Shown: positions 14,534 through 23,238 of the stretch, one piece after another
Numbering within the stretch: position 1 is the first letter of the stretch
Layout of the letters: the number at the start of each line of letters is the position of its first letter
Assembly: GCA_019417045.1 (NCBI GenBank)
Contig: DXWE01000002.1
Span: 1 to 23,238 of the forward strand
Direction of reading: 5' to 3'
Source: Oscillospiraceae bacterium
Lineage (GTDB): Bacteria; Bacillota; Clostridia; Oscillospirales; Acutalibacteraceae
DNA length: 23,238 bases
Translations under genes and position numbers: made by a program
Notes under the pieces: generated by a model
Databases searched by the model: none
Told to the model about the DNA's origin: nothing
Seen by the model: the letters and a program-made list of their open reading frames with translations, nothing else

Positions 14534-16456
14534 ATGGGCTATACGCTGGCACAGAAATGTATCCGCGACCATCTCGTCTCCGGAGAGATGACGGTGGGGA
14601 GCGAAATTGGGCTGAGAATCGATCAGACGCTGACCCAGGACGCCACCGGTACGATGGCGTATCTCGAGTTTGAGGCAATGGGGATCCCGCGCGTCAAAAC
14701 CGAGCTCTCGGTCGCCTATATCGACCACAACACCCTGCAGACGGGATTTGAAAATGCGGATGACCACCGGTATATCCAGAGCGTGTGCAAAAAACATGGG
14801 CTGTATTTCTCCCGGCCGGGCAACGGGATCTGCCACCAGGTGCACCTGGAGCGGTTCGGCGTGCCGGGGAAGACCCTGATCGGATCGGACAGCCACACCC
14901 CGACCGGCGGCGGGATCGGGATGCTCGCGTTCGGCGCGGGCGGCCTGGACGTGGCGGTCGCGATGGGCGGCGGTACCTATTATATCACCATGCCGAAGAT
15001 GGTGCGGATCAACCTCACCGGGAAGTTGTCCCCGTGGGTCACGGCGAAGGACGTGATCCTGGAGGTGCTCCGCCGGCTGACCGTCAAGGGCGGCGTCGGG
15101 AAGATCATCGAGTACGGCGGCCCGGGGGTGAAAACCCTGTCGGTGCCGGAGCGGGCCACCATCACGAACATGGGCGCGGAACTGGGGGCCTCCACCTCCA
15201 TCTTCCCGTCGGACGAGATCACCCGGCAGTTCATGGAGGCGCAGGGCCGCGGCGAGCAGTGGGTGCCGCTTGCGCCTGACGAGGACGCACAGTACGACGA
15301 AATCGTGGAAATCGACCTGTCCTCGCTGGAACCGCTGGCCGCCTGCCCGCATTCGCCGGACGCGGTCAAGCCGGTTTCGGAGCTTTCCGGACGAAAAGTG
15401 ACACAATGCTGTATCGGGTCATGCACCAATTCCTCGCTGCTGGATATGCTAAAAGTAGCGGCGGTTCTGAAGGGGCACACGGTGCACCCGAACGTCAGCC
15501 TGTCCATTGCGCCGGGTTCCAAACAGGTGTACAACATGTTGGCTGAGGACGGCGCGCTGGCCGATCTGATTGCAGCGGGCGCCCGGATTCTCGAATGCGC
15601 CTGCGGCCCGTGCATCGGCATGGGCCAGTCCCCGAATTCCGGCGGCGTCTCTCTGCGCACCTTCAACCGCAATTTCGAGGGCCGCAGCGGCACCGCGGAC
15701 GCGCAGGTATATCTGGTCAGCCCGGAGGTGGCGGCGGTGGCCGCACTGACCGGCGAGATCACCGACCCGCGCACCTTTGGGGAGGCGCCGCAGGTCACGC
15801 TGCCGGAGAAATTCCTGATCAACGACAACATGATCGTCCCGCCGGCTCCTGTGGAAGAGATGGATGAAGTCGTGATCGAGCGCGGGCCGAACATCAAGCC
15901 GTTCCCGTCGAATCAGCCGCTGCCGGAATCGATCGAGGCGCCGGTGCTGCTGAAGGTGGGGGACAACATCACCACCGACCATATCATGCCGGCGGGCGCC
16001 AAGATCCTGCCGCTGCGCTCCAATATTCCCGCCATTTCCGAGCACTGCTTTGTCCGTGTGGACGAGAGCTTCCCCGCGCGGTGCAAGGCTGCCGGGAAGG
16101 GGATCATCGTCGGCGGGGTCAACTACGGTCAGGGCAGCTCGCGCGAACACGCGGCGCTCGCCCCGCTGTATCTCGGGATCAAGGCGGTCATCGTCAAGTC
16201 GTTCGCGCGTATCCACGTGGCGAACCTGATCAACGCGGGAATCCTGCCGCTCACCTTCCAAAACCCGGACGACTACGACAAAATTTCCCAGGGCGACGAG
16301 CTGTGTCTCCCGGACGTGCGTACCCGTTTGCACAGCGGCGCGCCGCTGGAGCTGGTCAACCGTACCACCGGCGAGACCTATCCGCTGGCCGCGAACTTTT
16401 CTCAGCGGCAGATCCGCATTCTGCTTGCCGGCGGTCTGCTCTATGCCATCCAGTAA
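14534..16456 (+). CDS. Aconitate hydratase, 640 aa (aconitase-family Fe-S hydro-lyase with fused C-terminal swivel domain)
   Basis: 'GSDSHTPTGGG' substrate/cluster loop. Cys ligands in 'CIGSCTNSS' and 'CGPCIGMGQ'. C-terminal LeuD-like swivel 'GGVNYGQGSSREHAALAP'. Size matches the ~640-aa clostridial aconitases. Confidence 0.75.
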   Translation: MGYTLAQKCIRDHLVSGEMTVGSEIGLRIDQTLTQDATGTMAYLEFEAMGIPRVKTELSVAYIDHNTLQTGFENADDHRYIQSVCKKHGLYFSRPGNGICHQVHLERFGVPGKTLIGSDSHTPTGGGIGMLAFGAGGLDVAVAMGGGTYYITMPKMVRINLTGKLSPWVTAKDVILEVLRRLTVKGGVGKIIEYGGPGVKTLSVPERATITNMGAELGASTSIFPSDEITRQFMEAQGRGEQWVPLAPDEDAQYDEIVEIDLSSLEPLAACPHSPDAVKPVSELSGRKVTQCCIGSCTNSSLLDMLKVAAVLKGHTVHPNVSLSIAPGSKQVYNMLAEDGALADLIAAGARILECACGPCIGMGQSPNSGGVSLRTFNRNFEGRSGTADAQVYLVSPEVAAVAALTGEITDPRTFGEAPQVTLPEKFLINDNMIVPPAPVEEMDEVVIERGPNIKPFPSNQPLPESIEAPVLLKVGDNITTDHIMPAGAKILPLRSNIPAISEHCFVRVDESFPARCKAAGKGIIVGGVNYGQGSSREHAALAPLYLGIKAVIVKSFARIHVANLINAGILPLTFQNPDDYDKISQGDELCLPDVRTRLHSGAPLELVNRTTGETYPLAANFSQRQIRILLAGGLLYAIQ

Positions 16457-16650
16457 CCGGCCGAGAACGTACTTCCACACGGCCGTCCCCTGCGGGGCGG
16501 CGGCCGGTCTTTCCCTTGCCGTATAGAAGCTTTTTCGTATGAAACGCGGCGCGTGCGGCATGGTTGCTTTTCCCTTTTTGTATAGTTGTGGCAGACGGTA
16601 ACACTCTATATACAGCTACTCGGAGAAAAACACATCAGGAGGGGATCCGG

Positions 16651-17754
16651 ATGGATTTGCAGGCAGTGGTCTCTCAGTTTGAGGTGGGGGAGTTTATCAG
16701 CAGCGAGGAGATCCGCGCGGGGATCATCAACGGCACGTTCGGCGTGACCTGCCGGTCGCTGGAGGACCGGGACAAGACCGAGCGGTATGTGTTTCAGCGG
16801 ATCAACACCTATGTGTTCAAACATCCGCGGGAACTCATGCAGAACATCGAGGCGGTGACCACCCATATCCAGCAGCGGATTCTGCGCAGCAGTGACAGTT
16901 TTGACCGTCGGGTGTTGCATTTTGTCCGCGCAAAGGACGGGAAGCTATACCTGGACCACCCGGAATACGGGTTTTGGCGCGCCTACCATTTTGTGGAGGG
17001 GACCTGTTCTTATAACACCATCCAGGACCCCCGCCAGTTTTATGAGCTCGGCCGCACGTTTGGCCGGTTCCAGCGGCAGTTATCGGACTTTCCGGCCCAG
17101 ACGCTGCACGAGACCATCCCGAATTTTCACAACACGATCGACCGCCTGCGCCTGTTGGACGAGGCGATCGCGCGCAACGCCGCCGGCCGGCGGGACGAGG
17201 TGAAAGAGGAGATCGCGTTTATAGAGCAGCGCCGGGACGAGGCGGGGGCGATCGTGCGCGCGCTGGAGAGCGGCGCGATCCCGTGGCGCGTCACCCACAA
17301 CGACACCAAGCTCAACAACGCGCTGTTCGACACCGCCACCGGCAAGGCCATCTGTGTGATCGACCTGGACACGGTGATGCCCGGCTCGGCGCTGTACGAT
17401 TACGGCGACGCGATCCGCAGCGGCGCGAACGACGCGGCGGAAGACGAACCCGATCTGTCCAAGGTGAGCTTAAATATGGAGCTGTTTGAGCAGTTCACAC
17501 AGGGGTTTCTCGAGGGGACGCACGGGTTTTTGACGGAGGCGGAAGTGGACCTGATGGCGCCAAGCGCGAAAATTCTCACGCTGGAACTCGCCATGCGGTT
17601 CCTGACCGACTATCTGGACGGCGACCTGTATTTCAAAACCTGCTACCCGGACCACAACCTGGTGCGCACCCGCAACCAGCTGCAGCTCGTGCGGGACATG
17701 GAGCACAAGATGCCGCAGATGGAGGCGATCATCCGCCAATACCAGCCAAAATAG
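16651..17754 (+). CDS. APH-family sugar kinase, NahK-like (putative N-acetylhexosamine 1-kinase), 368 aa
   Basis: The Brenner/APH catalytic motif 'VTHNDTKLNNALFD', 'VIDLDTVMPGS' and the C-terminal 'YPDHNLVRTRNQLQLVRDMEHK' closely resemble, from memory, Bifidobacterium NahK. RBS AGGAGG lies 8 nt before the ATG at 16651. Confidence 0.6.
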   Translation: MDLQAVVSQFEVGEFISSEEIRAGIINGTFGVTCRSLEDRDKTERYVFQRINTYVFKHPRELMQNIEAVTTHIQQRILRSSDSFDRRVLHFVRAKDGKLYLDHPEYGFWRAYHFVEGTCSYNTIQDPRQFYELGRTFGRFQRQLSDFPAQTLHETIPNFHNTIDRLRLLDEAIARNAAGRRDEVKEEIAFIEQRRDEAGAIVRALESGAIPWRVTHNDTKLNNALFDTATGKAICVIDLDTVMPGSALYDYGDAIRSGANDAAEDEPDLSKVSLNMELFEQFTQGFLEGTHGFLTEAEVDLMAPSAKILTLELAMRFLTDYLDGDLYFKTCYPDHNLVRTRNQLQLVRDMEHKMPQMEAIIRQYQPK

Positions 17755-17787
17755 GCAAAAGGGCCGTTTGCCCCTTTGCACGGACGC

Positions 17788-17823
17788 GCGTTCCGGGAAA
17801 GATCCCGGGACGCCGTATTTTTT
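17788..17823 (+). terminator. Rho-independent terminator of the kinase gene
   Basis: GCGTTCCGGG-AAAGAT-CCCGGGACGC is a 10-bp stem with one G·U pair, followed by TATTTTTTG. Confidence 0.7.
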
Positions 17824-17851
17824 GTGGCATTTCTGTCGAGATGTGCTATAA
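17822..17851 (+). promoter_or_regulatory. Putative MATE-gene promoter: TTGTGG, 18 bp, extended -10 TGcTATAAT
   Basis: Hexamers were read directly. It overlaps the preceding terminator U-tract. Confidence 0.3.
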
Positions 17852-17914
17852 TACTTGACAGACATTGCTGTTGAGAGGGAAAGGCGAGGCGGTATTTTGC
17901 AAAAATCACATGAG

Positions 17915-19300
17915 ATGGACATGTGCAGCGGTCCGTTGTTTCGGAAAATTCTTCTTTTTTCGCTGCCATTGATGTGTTCCGGAATCCTGCAGCTGCTCTT
18001 CAACGCGGCGGATATTATCGTGGTGGGCCAGTTCACGGGCAGCACCGCGCTGGCGGCGGTCGGCTCCACCACGGCGCTGATCAACCTGCTGGTCAACCTG
18101 TTTCTGGGCGTATCGGTAGGCGCAAACGTGCTGGTAGCCCGCAGTTACGGGGCGGGTGACCAGGAGACGGTGCGCAGGGGCGTGCACACCTCCATCCTGG
18201 CGTCCGGGATCACCGGCTTTTTCATGATTTTCATCGGCCTGCTGCTGTCCCGCCCCCTTCTGGAGCTGATGGGAACACCGGACGATGTGATCGATCAGGC
18301 CACCTTGTACATCCGCATCTATTTTATCGGCATGCCCGCGCTGCTGCTGTACAATTTCGGGGCGGCGATCCTGCGCGCGATCGGGGACACCAAGCGGCCG
18401 CTCTATTTTCTGCTGATCGCCGGCGTGGTCAATGTGATCTTCAACCTGATTTTTGTGATCCTGTTCGGGCTGGGGGTGGCGGGGGTGGCCATCGCCACCG
18501 TGATCTCGCAGTATCTGTCGGCGGCGCTGATTCTGTTGTGCCTGATCCGCAGCGACAGCGTGTGCCGGCTGATCCCCTCGGAGCTGCGGATCCATAAAAA
18601 GCAGCTGCTCGCCATTCTGCGCATCGGCCTGCCCGCCGGAATCCAGTCGGTCATCTTCAATTTTTCCAACGTGCTGATCCAGTCGTCCATCAACAGCTTT
18701 GGCTCCTCCGTGATGGCCGGCAACACCGCGGCCAGCAATATCGAGGGCTTTGTATACACCTCCATGAACGCGGTGTACCAGACCTCGCTGAGCTTTACGA
18801 GCCAGAACCTCGGCGCACGCCAATACCGCCGGATCGACCGGGTGCTGGCCGAGTGCCTCGGGCTGGTCACGGTGGTCGGGCTGGTGATGGGGATCGGCGC
18901 GTATCTGCTCGGGACGCCGCTGCTCGGCATCTATTCTCCCGACCCCGTCGTGATCGAATATGGCCTGCAGCGACTGGGTGTGGTGAGCGTCACCTATTTT
19001 CTGTGCGGCGTGATGGATGTGATCACCGGCAGTATCCGGGGGCTGGGCTATTCCATCCTGCCCACCCTAGTATCCCTGGCGGGTGCCTGCCTCTTCCGGG
19101 TGATATGGATCTACACCATTTTCGCGTCTTACCACACCCAGTTTATCCTGTATCTCTCATATCCCGCCTCGTGGATCCTGACGATTCTCGCGCACCTGGT
19201 CTGCTTTCTGGTCGCCCGGAAACGTACGCTCAAGCAGGCCGCCGCACAGGCAGATCTGCCCGCTGCGGCATCCGTCGCCTCTCCCGGCGAAACCCTGTGA
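17915..19300 (+). CDS. MATE family efflux transporter (12-TM multidrug/toxic-compound extrusion protein)
   Basis: The N-terminus 'GPLFRKILLFSLPLMCSGILQLLFNAADIIVVGQF' is the MATE signature start. About 12 hydrophobic helices, 460–480 aa. The start is ambiguous: ATG at 17915, or TTG at 17897 with a GAGG RBS. The tool ORF begins at TTG 17855. Confidence 0.8.
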   Translation: MDMCSGPLFRKILLFSLPLMCSGILQLLFNAADIIVVGQFTGSTALAAVGSTTALINLLVNLFLGVSVGANVLVARSYGAGDQETVRRGVHTSILASGITGFFMIFIGLLLSRPLLELMGTPDDVIDQATLYIRIYFIGMPALLLYNFGAAILRAIGDTKRPLYFLLIAGVVNVIFNLIFVILFGLGVAGVAIATVISQYLSAALILLCLIRSDSVCRLIPSELRIHKKQLLAILRIGLPAGIQSVIFNFSNVLIQSSINSFGSSVMAGNTAASNIEGFVYTSMNAVYQTSLSFTSQNLGARQYRRIDRVLAECLGLVTVVGLVMGIGAYLLGTPLLGIYSPDPVVIEYGLQRLGVVSVTYFLCGVMDVITGSIRGLGYSILPTLVSLAGACLFRVIWIYTIFASYHTQFILYLSYPASWILTILAHLVCFLVARKRTLKQAAAQADLPAAASVASPGETL

Positions 19301-19348
19301 ATGATTCTGATACCTCCCGGCCGGAGGTCGGGGAAAGGAAGTAGTACT

Positions 19349-20215
19349 ATGGACAACTGCAAGCGGATCCTGCTGGTGTGCACAGGGAACACCTGCCGCA
19401 GCCCGATGGCAGAGGGATTGCTGCGCGCGCTCGCCAGGGAGCGCGGGCAGGCGGTGGAGGTGCTCAGCGCAGGGCTGTGTGCGGACGGGTCCCCGGCGAG
19501 TCCACAGGCTGTCGCTGTCATGGCGGAACGCGGAATCGATATCTCCCGCCACGTGTCCCATCCGGTCACGCCGGAACTGTGTGCGGCAGCAGACATGATC
19601 GGCGTGATGTCCGCCGGCCACCGGGATTTGCTCATTCGGCTGTTCGCAGTGCCGGCGGAGAAGGTGGTCTTGCTCGGCGGGGGGATCCCCGATCCGTTTG
19701 GCGGCACCCTGGAAGACTACCGCCGCACCCGGGACGCGCTGGAGAAAGCGGTGCGGGTGCTGCTGCCGAACTGCCGGATTGTGCGGATGGAGGAGCGCCA
19801 CATCGAGCCGCTCGCCGCGCTGGAGAAAGCGGTGTTCTCCACCCCGTGGACGGCGGACGGCCTGCGGGAGGAGCTGCAAAATCCTCTCGCGGTCTTTCTG
19901 GTGGCGGAGGACGCCGCACAGGGCGCCGTGCTTGGCTATATCGGCCTGCACCACGTGCTGGACGAGGGGTTTGTGACCAATCTCGCGGTGGATCCGGCCC
20001 GCCGGCGGGAGGGGATCGGCGGTGCCTTGCTGCAGGCTGCCTGCGCCTATGGCCGGGAGCACGGGCTCTCCCGCCTGGCGCTTGAGGTGCGGGCGGGCAA
20101 CCGGGAGGCGATCGCGCTGTACGAGGCCGCGGGCTTTACGCGCGACGGCCTCCGCCCCGGGTTTTATGACGCCCCCCGGGAGGACGCTGTGCTCTATTCC
20201 TATCATTTCCGGTGA
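19349..20215 (+). CDS. rimI: Fusion protein: YwlE-like low-molecular-weight protein (Arg/Tyr) phosphatase domain (aa 1 to ~145) fused to the ribosomal-protein-alanine N-acetyltransferase RimI (GNAT) domain (aa ~150 to 288)
   Basis: N-terminal P-loop 'LLVCTGNTCRSPMAEG' (CX5R(S/T)) plus the 'IPDPFGG' D-P general-acid loop make an LMW-PTP/YwlE domain. The C-terminal 'IVRMEERHIEPLAALEKAVFSTPW...LEVRAGNREAIALYEAAGF' is a RimI GNAT. It is one continuous ORF with no stop or frameshift. RBS GGAAAGGAAG. It lies immediately upstream of tsaD. Confidence 0.8.
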   Translation: MDNCKRILLVCTGNTCRSPMAEGLLRALARERGQAVEVLSAGLCADGSPASPQAVAVMAERGIDISRHVSHPVTPELCAAADMIGVMSAGHRDLLIRLFAVPAEKVVLLGGGIPDPFGGTLEDYRRTRDALEKAVRVLLPNCRIVRMEERHIEPLAALEKAVFSTPWTADGLREELQNPLAVFLVAEDAAQGAVLGYIGLHHVLDEGFVTNLAVDPARRREGIGGALLQAACAYGREHGLSRLALEVRAGNREAIALYEAAGFTRDGLRPGFYDAPREDAVLYSYHFR

Positions 20216-20341
20216 GTGCGCCGCGCGAACCCGTCTACTGTCCCCTCCCTATTGGGTAAGCGTCGCCGCATGAGCGGTTTGCCGCTGCTCTTCTCCCGGC
20301 AGAGGGTTTTTGTCCCCCATTCTTTTTCAGAGGTGATCCCC

Positions 20342-21349
20342 ATGCGGATTCTGGCCATCGAATCCTCCTGCGACGAAACCGCCGCCGCCGTGGTGGCGGA
20401 CGGCCGGCAGGTGCTGTCGAATATTGTCGCCTCCCAGGTGGAGGAACACCGGCTGTACGGCGGCGTGGTGCCGGAGATTGCGAGCCGCCGCCACGCCGAG
20501 GCAATCTCCGGCGTGGTGCGGGAGGCTCTGCAGCAGGCGGGAACCCCCCTGTCCGCCATCGACGCGGTGGCGGTGACCTATGCGCCGGGGCTGATCGGCG
20601 CGCTGCTCGTCGGGGTCAATTTCGCCAAGGGTCTCTCGCTCGCGTCGGGGCTCCCGCTCATCCCGGTGCACCATCTGCGCGGGCACATCGCCGCCAACTA
20701 TCTGGCGGATCCCGATTTGCACCCGCCGTTTCTCTGCCTGATCGTGTCGGGCGGGCACACCCATCTGGTACAGGTGGATGACTACACCCGGTTTCGGGTA
20801 CTCGGCCGCACGCGGGACGACGCGGCGGGGGAGTGCTTTGACAAGGCGGCCCGCGCGATGGGCATGCCCTATCCGGGCGGCATCGCACTCGACCGCCTGG
20901 CAGAGACCGGCGACCCCCACGCGTTCTCGTTTCCCACCCCCCATGTGGAGGGGAGTGCCTACGACTTCAGTTTTTCCGGGCTGAAAACCGCGGTGCTCAA
21001 TCTGCTCCACCATGCGCAGCAAAAGGGAGAAACTCTCCCGCTGCCGGACGTGTGCGCCTCCTTTCGCGGCCGGGTGGTGGACATCCTCTGCGACCACACC
21101 CTGCGTGCGGCCAAAGAGCTGCACAGCTCCGCACTGGTGCTGGCCGGCGGGGTGTCGGCCAACCGGGAGCTGCGCCGCCGCATGACGTCTCTGTGCAGGG
21201 AGAACGGTCTCTCCCTGCATATGCCGCCGTTGCCCCTGTGTGGGGACAACGCCGCGATGATCGGCTCGCAGGCCTTTTATGAGTTTGCCGCAGGCCATGT
21301 CGGCGGGGCGGATTTGAACGCCGTCGCCACCCTGCCGATTGAAGGATAG
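20342..21349 (+). CDS. tsaD: tRNA N6-adenosine threonylcarbamoyltransferase TsaD (Kae1/YgjD family)
   Basis: 'MRILAIESSCDETAAAV', 'PLIPVHHLRGHI' and 'GGVSANRELR' are canonical TsaD motifs, including the HxxH metal site. 335 aa. The true start is the ATG at 20342. Confidence 0.9.
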   Translation: MRILAIESSCDETAAAVVADGRQVLSNIVASQVEEHRLYGGVVPEIASRRHAEAISGVVREALQQAGTPLSAIDAVAVTYAPGLIGALLVGVNFAKGLSLASGLPLIPVHHLRGHIAANYLADPDLHPPFLCLIVSGGHTHLVQVDDYTRFRVLGRTRDDAAGECFDKAARAMGMPYPGGIALDRLAETGDPHAFSFPTPHVEGSAYDFSFSGLKTAVLNLLHHAQQKGETLPLPDVCASFRGRVVDILCDHTLRAAKELHSSALVLAGGVSANRELRRRMTSLCRENGLSLHMPPLPLCGDNAAMIGSQAFYEFAAGHVGGADLNAVATLPIEG

Positions 21350-21376
21350 AGTTTGGAAAATGTTCACAAATACCCC

Positions 21377-21406
21377 TTGCAAATTTTGACGGCGACGTGG
21401 TATAAT
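21377..21406 (+). promoter_or_regulatory. Putative pckG promoter: TTGCAA, 18 bp, extended -10 TGgTATAAT
   Basis: Read directly. It lies 52 nt upstream of the ATG at 21459. RBS AAAGGGG. Confidence 0.4.
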
Positions 21407-21458
21407 AAATGCAATTTGGCGCTTCTATATGGTAAGCTGTGAGAAAGGGGTTTTGCAC

Positions 21459-23216
21459 ATGACCAAGAACAAGTCCGTGCTGAACTGGATTGACGAGAAG
21501 ATCGAACTTGTCAAGCCGGAGAAAGTCGTCTGGATCGACGGCTCGGAGAGCCAGCTGGAGGAGCTGCGGGCCGAGGCCTGCTCCACCGGCGAGATGATCA
21601 AGCTGAATCAGGAGAAGCTGCCCGGCTGCTATCTGCACCGCACCGCGGTCAACGATGTGGCGCGCGTGGAGCACCGCACCTTTATCTGCTCCCCCACGAA
21701 GGAAGAGGCCGGCCCGACCAACAACTGGATGGAGCCCAACGAGGCGTATGCGCTGCTGTACGGGATTGCGAAGGACAGCTACAAGGGCCGTACGATGTAT
21801 GTCATCCCCTATTCGATGGGCCCGGTGGGCTCTCCGTTTGCTAAATACGGCATCGAGCTGACCGATTCGATCTATGTGGTGCTGAACATGGCCATCATGA
21901 CCCGTGTGGGCCAGGCGGTGCTGGACGCGCTCGGCGACAGCGACGACTGGGTGCGCGGGCTGCACTGCAAATGTGATATCGACGAGGAGAAGCGGTATAT
22001 CTGCCACTTCCCGCAGGACAACACCATCATCTCGGTCAACTCGGGTTACGGCGGAAACGTGCTGCTCGGCAAGAAGTGCTTTGCACTGCGCATCGCGTCC
22101 AACCTCGGCCGCAAAGAGGGCTGGATGGCGGAGCACATGCTGATTTTGGGCCTTGAGAACCCGAAGGGCGAGATCAAGTATATCGCGGCGGCGTTCCCGT
22201 CCGCCTGCGGCAAGACCAACCTCGCCATGCTGATCCCGCCGGAGTATTATCGGAATAAGGGCTACAAGGTCTGGTGCGTGGGCGACGATATCGCCTGGAT
22301 GCGCATTGGCGAGGACGGCCGTCTGTGGGCGGTCAACCCGGAGAACGGCTTCTTCGGCGTGGCGCCGGGCACCAACATGAAATCCAACCCGAACGCGCTG
22401 ATCTCCACCCAGAAGGGGACCATCTTCACGAACGTCGTGCACAATCTGGACGACAACACCGTGTGGTGGGAGGGCCTGGACAAGAATCCGCCGAAGAACG
22501 CGCTCAACTGGAAGGGTGAGAAGTGGGACTGCACCGACGGCTCCAAGGGGGCGCACCCGAACTCCCGGTTCACCGCGCCGGCGAAGAACTGCCCGTGCCT
22601 GTCCCCGGAATTTGATTCGGGCAAGGGCGTGCCGATCTCTGCGATCGTCTTTGGCGGCCGCCGCGCGAAGACCGCGCCGCTCGTGTACCAGTCCCGCGAC
22701 TGGAACAACGGTGTGTTTGTCGGCTCGATCATGGCGTCCGAGACCACAGCCGCCGCGACCGGTGCGGTGGGCGTCGTCCGCCGCGATCCGATGGCGATGC
22801 TGCCTTTCTGCGGCTACAACATGGCCGATTACTGGGCGCACTGGTTTGAGATGGGCCGCAAGCTCGGCGACAAGGCGCCGAAGATCTTCAATGTCAACTG
22901 GTTCCGCACGGATGAGAACGGCAATTTCATCTGGCCAGGTTTTGGAGACAACATGCGGGTGCTCGAGTGGATTATCGACCGCTGCGAGGGCAAGGTCGGC
23001 GCGAAGGAGACCGCGATCGGGTATGTGCCGGATGCGGACGATATCGATATCGACGGCCTGGATCTCAGCCGGGAGACCCTCCGGAGCATTCTGGAAGTGG
23101 ACAAAGGCCTGTGGCGCCAGGAGCTCGACGGGATCAAGGAGTTCTACGGCAAGTTCGACAAGCTGCCGGAAGAGCTCACCGAACAGCTGCACATCCTCGA
23201 GGACAATCTGAAATAA
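21459..23216 (+). CDS. pckG: Phosphoenolpyruvate carboxykinase [GTP]
   Basis: 585 aa. 'KGRTMYVIPYSMGPVGSPFAKYGIELTDS', 'FPSACGKTNLAM' (kinase-1a P-loop) and 'WWEG' are characteristic of GTP-type PEPCK. Confidence 0.9.
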   Translation: MTKNKSVLNWIDEKIELVKPEKVVWIDGSESQLEELRAEACSTGEMIKLNQEKLPGCYLHRTAVNDVARVEHRTFICSPTKEEAGPTNNWMEPNEAYALLYGIAKDSYKGRTMYVIPYSMGPVGSPFAKYGIELTDSIYVVLNMAIMTRVGQAVLDALGDSDDWVRGLHCKCDIDEEKRYICHFPQDNTIISVNSGYGGNVLLGKKCFALRIASNLGRKEGWMAEHMLILGLENPKGEIKYIAAAFPSACGKTNLAMLIPPEYYRNKGYKVWCVGDDIAWMRIGEDGRLWAVNPENGFFGVAPGTNMKSNPNALISTQKGTIFTNVVHNLDDNTVWWEGLDKNPPKNALNWKGEKWDCTDGSKGAHPNSRFTAPAKNCPCLSPEFDSGKGVPISAIVFGGRRAKTAPLVYQSRDWNNGVFVGSIMASETTAAATGAVGVVRRDPMAMLPFCGYNMADYWAHWFEMGRKLGDKAPKIFNVNWFRTDENGNFIWPGFGDNMRVLEWIIDRCEGKVGAKETAIGYVPDADDIDIDGLDLSRETLRSILEVDKGLWRQELDGIKEFYGKFDKLPEELTEQLHILEDNLK

Positions 23217-23238
23217 GTGCTGCCCTTTTCAGCGGCGG

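Noticed and set aside
14189-16561. Minus-strand ORFs 14189-15406, 14980-15897 and 15449-16561 opposite aconitase
   Set aside because: They are shadow ORFs of the aconitase CDS with Arg/Gly/Asp-rich junk translations and no start signals.
20327-23192. Minus-strand ORFs 20327-21382 (351 aa) and 20997-23192 (731 aa) opposite tsaD and pckG
   Set aside because: They are antisense to two highly conserved, motif-rich genes. The 731-aa frame is a classic GC-rich shadow with no domain hits by inspection.
1-23238. Search for CRISPR arrays, tRNA/rRNA genes, IS elements, integrases or toxin–antitoxin pairs
   Set aside because: No regularly spaced short direct repeats, no cloverleaf-like conserved tRNA blocks, and no transposase- or integrase-like ORFs were found in any frame. 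The window looks like core chromosome plus a CAZyme island.

Overview
The window is GC-rich Firmicutes/Clostridia-like chromosomal DNA (by eye roughly 60–65% GC, not computed). It has strong third-position GC bias, which produces many long antisense 'shadow' ORFs. Those are artefacts and are listed under rejected items.

Gene content, in order:
- (+) a PLP-dependent aminotransferase
- (+) secD and secF, overlapping by 4 bp, transcribed from a perfect consensus sigma-A promoter whose -35 sits in the loop of a 14-bp hairpin
- (-) three tandem paralogous GH5 glycoside hydrolases: a lipoprotein form, then a CBM35-like + type-I dockerin form, then a 2×CBM35-like + dockerin form. The dockerins imply a cellulosome-producing organism.
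- (-) a three-gene membrane-microdomain operon: MerR-like DUF1836 HTH protein, NfeD/YuaF-like protein, flotillin FloT. A palindromic operator sits inside its promoter, and the NfeD homolog carries an unusual Asp/Gly-rich insertion.
- (+) folK, then a ~470-bp pyrimidine-rich repeat-bearing leader, then a 640-aa aconitase-family hydratase
- (+) a NahK-like APH-family sugar kinase
- (+) a MATE efflux transporter
- (+) a single-ORF fusion of a YwlE-like LMW protein phosphatase with the GNAT acetyltransferase RimI, immediately upstream of tsaD
- (+) GTP-dependent PEP carboxykinase

No rRNA, tRNA, CRISPR or obvious mobile elements were seen.

The most interesting candidates for undescribed biology:
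- the PTP–RimI fusion embedded in the t6A (TsaD) locus
- the regulator–NfeD–flotillin module with its operator and calcium-loop-like insert
- the three-way repackaging of one GH5 catalytic module (lipid anchor versus cellulosomal)
- the strand-asymmetric CT-rich structured intergenic regions
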